From: Squalus acanthias
Taxonomy: Eukaryota
Direction: 5' to 3'
Assembly (NCBI GenBank): GCA_030390025.1
Contig: CM059432.1
Coordinates: 109,680,001-109,744,000 of the forward strand
DNA length: 64,000 bases
In this document: piece after piece, positions 60,788 through 64,000 of the stretch
How positions within the stretch are numbered: the first letter of the stretch is position 1
How the letters are laid out: each line of letters starts with the position of its first letter
Notes under the pieces: model-generated
What the model was told of the DNA's origin: nothing
What the model saw: the letters and a program-made list of their open reading frames with translations, nothing else
Databases searched by the model: none
Program-made: the position numbers and the translations under genes

Positions 60788-62910
60788 ATGTAGAAGAGCA
60801 TGCCAGGAGCAGCACCAGGCGTACCTAAAAATAAAGTGCCAACCTGGTGAAGCTACAACACAGGACTACATGCATGCTAAACAGTGGATGCAGCATGCTA
60901 TAGACAGAGTTAAGCGATCCCACAACCAACGGATCAGATCAAAGCTCTGCAGTCCTGCCAAATCCAGTCGTTAATGGTGGTGGACCATTAAACAACTAAC
61001 GGGAGGAGGAGGCTCCATGAATATCCCCAACCTCTATGATGGTGGAGCCCAGCACGTGAGTGCAAAAGACAAAGCTGAAGCGTTTGCAACCATCTTCAGC
61101 CAGTAGGGCCGAGAGGATGATTCATATCGGCCACCTCCTGAGTTCCCCACCATCACAGAAGCCAGTCTTCAGCCAATTCAATTCACTCCACGTGATATCA
61201 AGAAACGGCTAACCGGATACAGCAAAGGCTATGGATCCCGACAATATCCTGGCTGTCGTGCTGAAGACTTGTGCTCCAGAACTAGCTACGCCTCTAGCCA
61301 AGCTGTTCCATTGCAGCTACAACACTGGCATCTACCCAACAATGTGGAAAACTGCCCAGGTATGCCCTGTCCACAAAAAGCAGGACAAATTCAATCCGGC
61401 CAATTACCACCCCATCAGTCTACTCTCAATCATCAGCAAAGTGATGGAAGGTGTCATCGACAGTGCTTTCAAGCACCACTTACTCACCAATAACCTGCTC
61501 ACCGATGCTCAGTTTGGGTTCCATTAGGACCACTCGGCTCCAGACCTCATTACAGCCTTGGTCCAAACATGGGCAAAAGTGCTGAATTCCAGAGGTGAGG
61601 TGAGAGTGACTGCCCTTTACATCAAGGCAGCATTTGAGTGTGGCATCAAGGAGCCCCAGTAAAATTGAAGTCAATGGGAATCGGGGGAAAACTCTCCACT
61701 GGCTGGAGTCATGCCTAGCTCAAAGGAAGATGGTTGTGGTTGTTGGAGGCCAATCATCTCAGCCCAAGGACATCGCTGCAGGAGTTCCTCAGGGCAGTGT
61801 CCTCGGCTCAACCATCTTCAAATGTTTCATCAATGACCTTCCCTCCATCATAAAGCCAATAGTGGGGATGTTCGCTGATGATTGCACAGTGTTCAGTTCC
61901 ATTCGCAACTCCTCAGATAATCAAGCAGTCCGTGCCCACACGAAGCACGACCTGGATGACATTCAGGCTTGGGCTGATAATTGGCAAGTAACATTCGCGC
62001 CACACAAGTGCCAGGCAATGACTATCTGCAACAAGAGAGAGTCTAGCCACCACCCTTGACATTCAATGGCATTGCCATCGCTGAATCTCCCACCATCAAT
62101 ATCCTGGGGGTCACCATTGACCAGAAACTTAACTGGACCAGCCACATAAATATAAATACGATAGCAAAATACTGCAGATGCTGGAAATCCGAAATAACAA
62201 CAGAAAACGCTGGAAAAACTCAGCAGGCCAGGCAGCATCCGTAGAGAGAGAAAGAGAGTTGACGTTTCAGGTCGATGACCTTTCATCAGAATATAAATAC
62301 TGTGGCAACAAGAGTAGGTCACAGGCTGGGTATTCTGCGGCAAGTAACTCACCTCCTGATTCCCCAAAGCCTTTCCACCATCTACAAGGCACAAGTCAGG
62401 AGTGTGATGGAATACTTTCCACTTGTCTGGATGAATGCAGCTCCAACAACACTCAAGAAGCTCGACACCATCCAGGACAAAGCAGCCCGCTTGATTGGCA
62501 CCTCATCCACCACCTTAAACATTCACTCCCTCCACCACCGGCGTACCGTAGCTGCAGTGTGTACCACCTGCAAGATGCACTGCAGCAACTCACCAAGGCT
62601 TCTTCGGCAGCACCTACCAAACCTCTACCACCTAGGTCAAGGGCAGCAGGCACATGGGAACACCATCACTTCCAGGTTCCCCTCCAAGTCACACACCATC
62701 CTGACTTGGAAATATATCGTCTTTGCTTCATCATCACTGGGTCAAATTCCTGGAACTCCCTCCCTAACAGCACTGTGGGAGCACCTTCACCTCACGGATT
62801 GCAGTGGTTCAAGAAGGCAGCTCACCACCTCCTTCTCAAGGGCAATTAGGGATGGACAATAAATGCTGGCCTTGCCATCGACGCCCACATCCCATAAACG
62901 AATTTTTAAA
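60788..62910 (+). mobile_element. Degenerate non-LTR retrotransposon 3' half (CR1/L2-supergroup, distinct from HER1 type)
   Basis: PDNI..VVLKTCAPEL, NYHPISLLS, QFGF, GVPQGSVLG, FADD, LGVTID, VRSVMEY. AATAAA near the end. Confidence 0.85.
62160..62289 (-). mobile_element. Penelope terminal-repeat fragment inserted in the LINE
   Basis: Matches the motif at 60760-60786. Flanked by the direct repeat AATATAAATAC. Confidence 0.7.
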
Positions 62911-63265
62911 AATGTGAACACAATTACATTTGTAACCTGGCATAGCCCAACAAATTTCTGCCTCAGCTGCTGCTAGATTCAGGCCACAGGTGAGACAGCA
63001 TTAACTCTCTGTCATCTCCATCCAGACCGCTCTGGCAGTACACATGACTGGAGAGTGCCCTTCCACTCCTAAAAGATTCACCTTTCTCCACAGAACCTCT
63101 GACAGAAGCATCTCTATAGTGTCCTAAGTCTGTTCAATTTGAAATTAAATTTTCTCTCTATATATATTCTATGGTTATGTTCTCCTTATTATTACAGTTT
63201 CTTTGCACAGCATTTTCACTCGGTCCCCAGTGGTGACTTATTTTGGTGAATTTGAAGAACTCCTT

Positions 63266-64000
63266 GGGGGAGAAATTCAGTATCGCCCCATTTGGGGCGC
63301 AATTATCGGCCGGGCGCAAAGATTAGCGCCTGGCGCTAATTATCGCCACCAACTGCAAACTTGACTTTTATCGACCCTGGAGGTGATTGGAGCGCTAAAT
63401 CAGGCGCTTCACACCTGTCTTAAGGCGCAAAGGCTGAGGAGCGAGGCGCTACCTCAGAGCGCTGGCGAAGCTCATGTAATGTCAGTCAGCAATGGAACAC
63501 ACACACAATGGCACGAGCCAGTTCTTAAAGGGGATGGTTAATCTTGCTTTCCATCCACATCCTACTCATTGCAGCCTTGAATCTCGGCCTGGAGAGACCT
63601 GCACATCAAATCTGCTGGAAAGAACAATGGAGAGCACCAGGGAAAGAGCTTAGAGTGCAGCCCCCACAGTCTCTCCTAAATCGATACAAGGAATGGCATA
63701 TCAAAATGAACCTGCAAAGTGCTGCTCAGTACCCAAAACTCCTTCACACAACGTTGAATCTCTCCAGAAGTCTCTCTCTCTCTCTCTCTCAGAATGCGTA
63801 GTTCAAAAATGGCACCAACAATAAAAGGCAGGAAGCGGTCACCTTTAAATAGCGCTCCCCCTTTCCCTTCATGACTGCAGAACGCTCCCCTCAACCTGTC
63901 GTTGCTAGCGTCAGGCGGTAAGGCAGGGGGCGCCACTCAATATCCGCTCCGGGGCGATACCGGGGCGTTGCGCACTCGACTGACGTCACGATCTGCCAGC
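63266..64000 (-). mobile_element. H1-derived non-autonomous Harbinger, third copy (runs off window)
   Basis: TIR GGGGGAGAAATTCAG. Reverse-complement match to 45517-46410. Confidence 0.9.

Overview
This window is vertebrate genomic DNA made almost entirely of nested transposable elements, with no host protein-coding gene recognised. The HE1-type V-SINEs, Deu-domain SINE and HER1-type CR1 LINEs suggest a cartilaginous fish (inference). Main contents: (1) ERV-A (3886-30804, +; 650-bp LTRs, tRNA-Gln PBS, 4-bp TSD ATGG), inserted in a CR1. (2) Family B, a retrovirus-like element with ~1.2-1.3-kb LTRs, a tRNA-Arg PBS overlapping the gag ATG, in-frame UGA-CUR between gag and pol, a degenerate gypsy-type RNase H followed by a second intact RNase H, and a non-gamma class I fusion Env with an N-terminal Ig-like domain. 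Family B is present as a three-LTR chimera inside ERV-A (6482-22382, -, TSD ACTG) and as a pol-deleted, SINE-carrying provirus (47834-57523, +, TSD CTGC). (3) A nearly intact PIF/Harbinger transposon (26610-30771), a second Harbinger family in two copies, and five Harbinger MITEs. (4) Several CR1 LINEs, a Penelope element with hammerhead motifs, a solo LTR holding a Tc1/mariner-type MITE with a 28-bp minisatellite, and SINEs. Family B is the best candidate for an undescribed system. All family assignments come from motif recognition by eye, not database searches.
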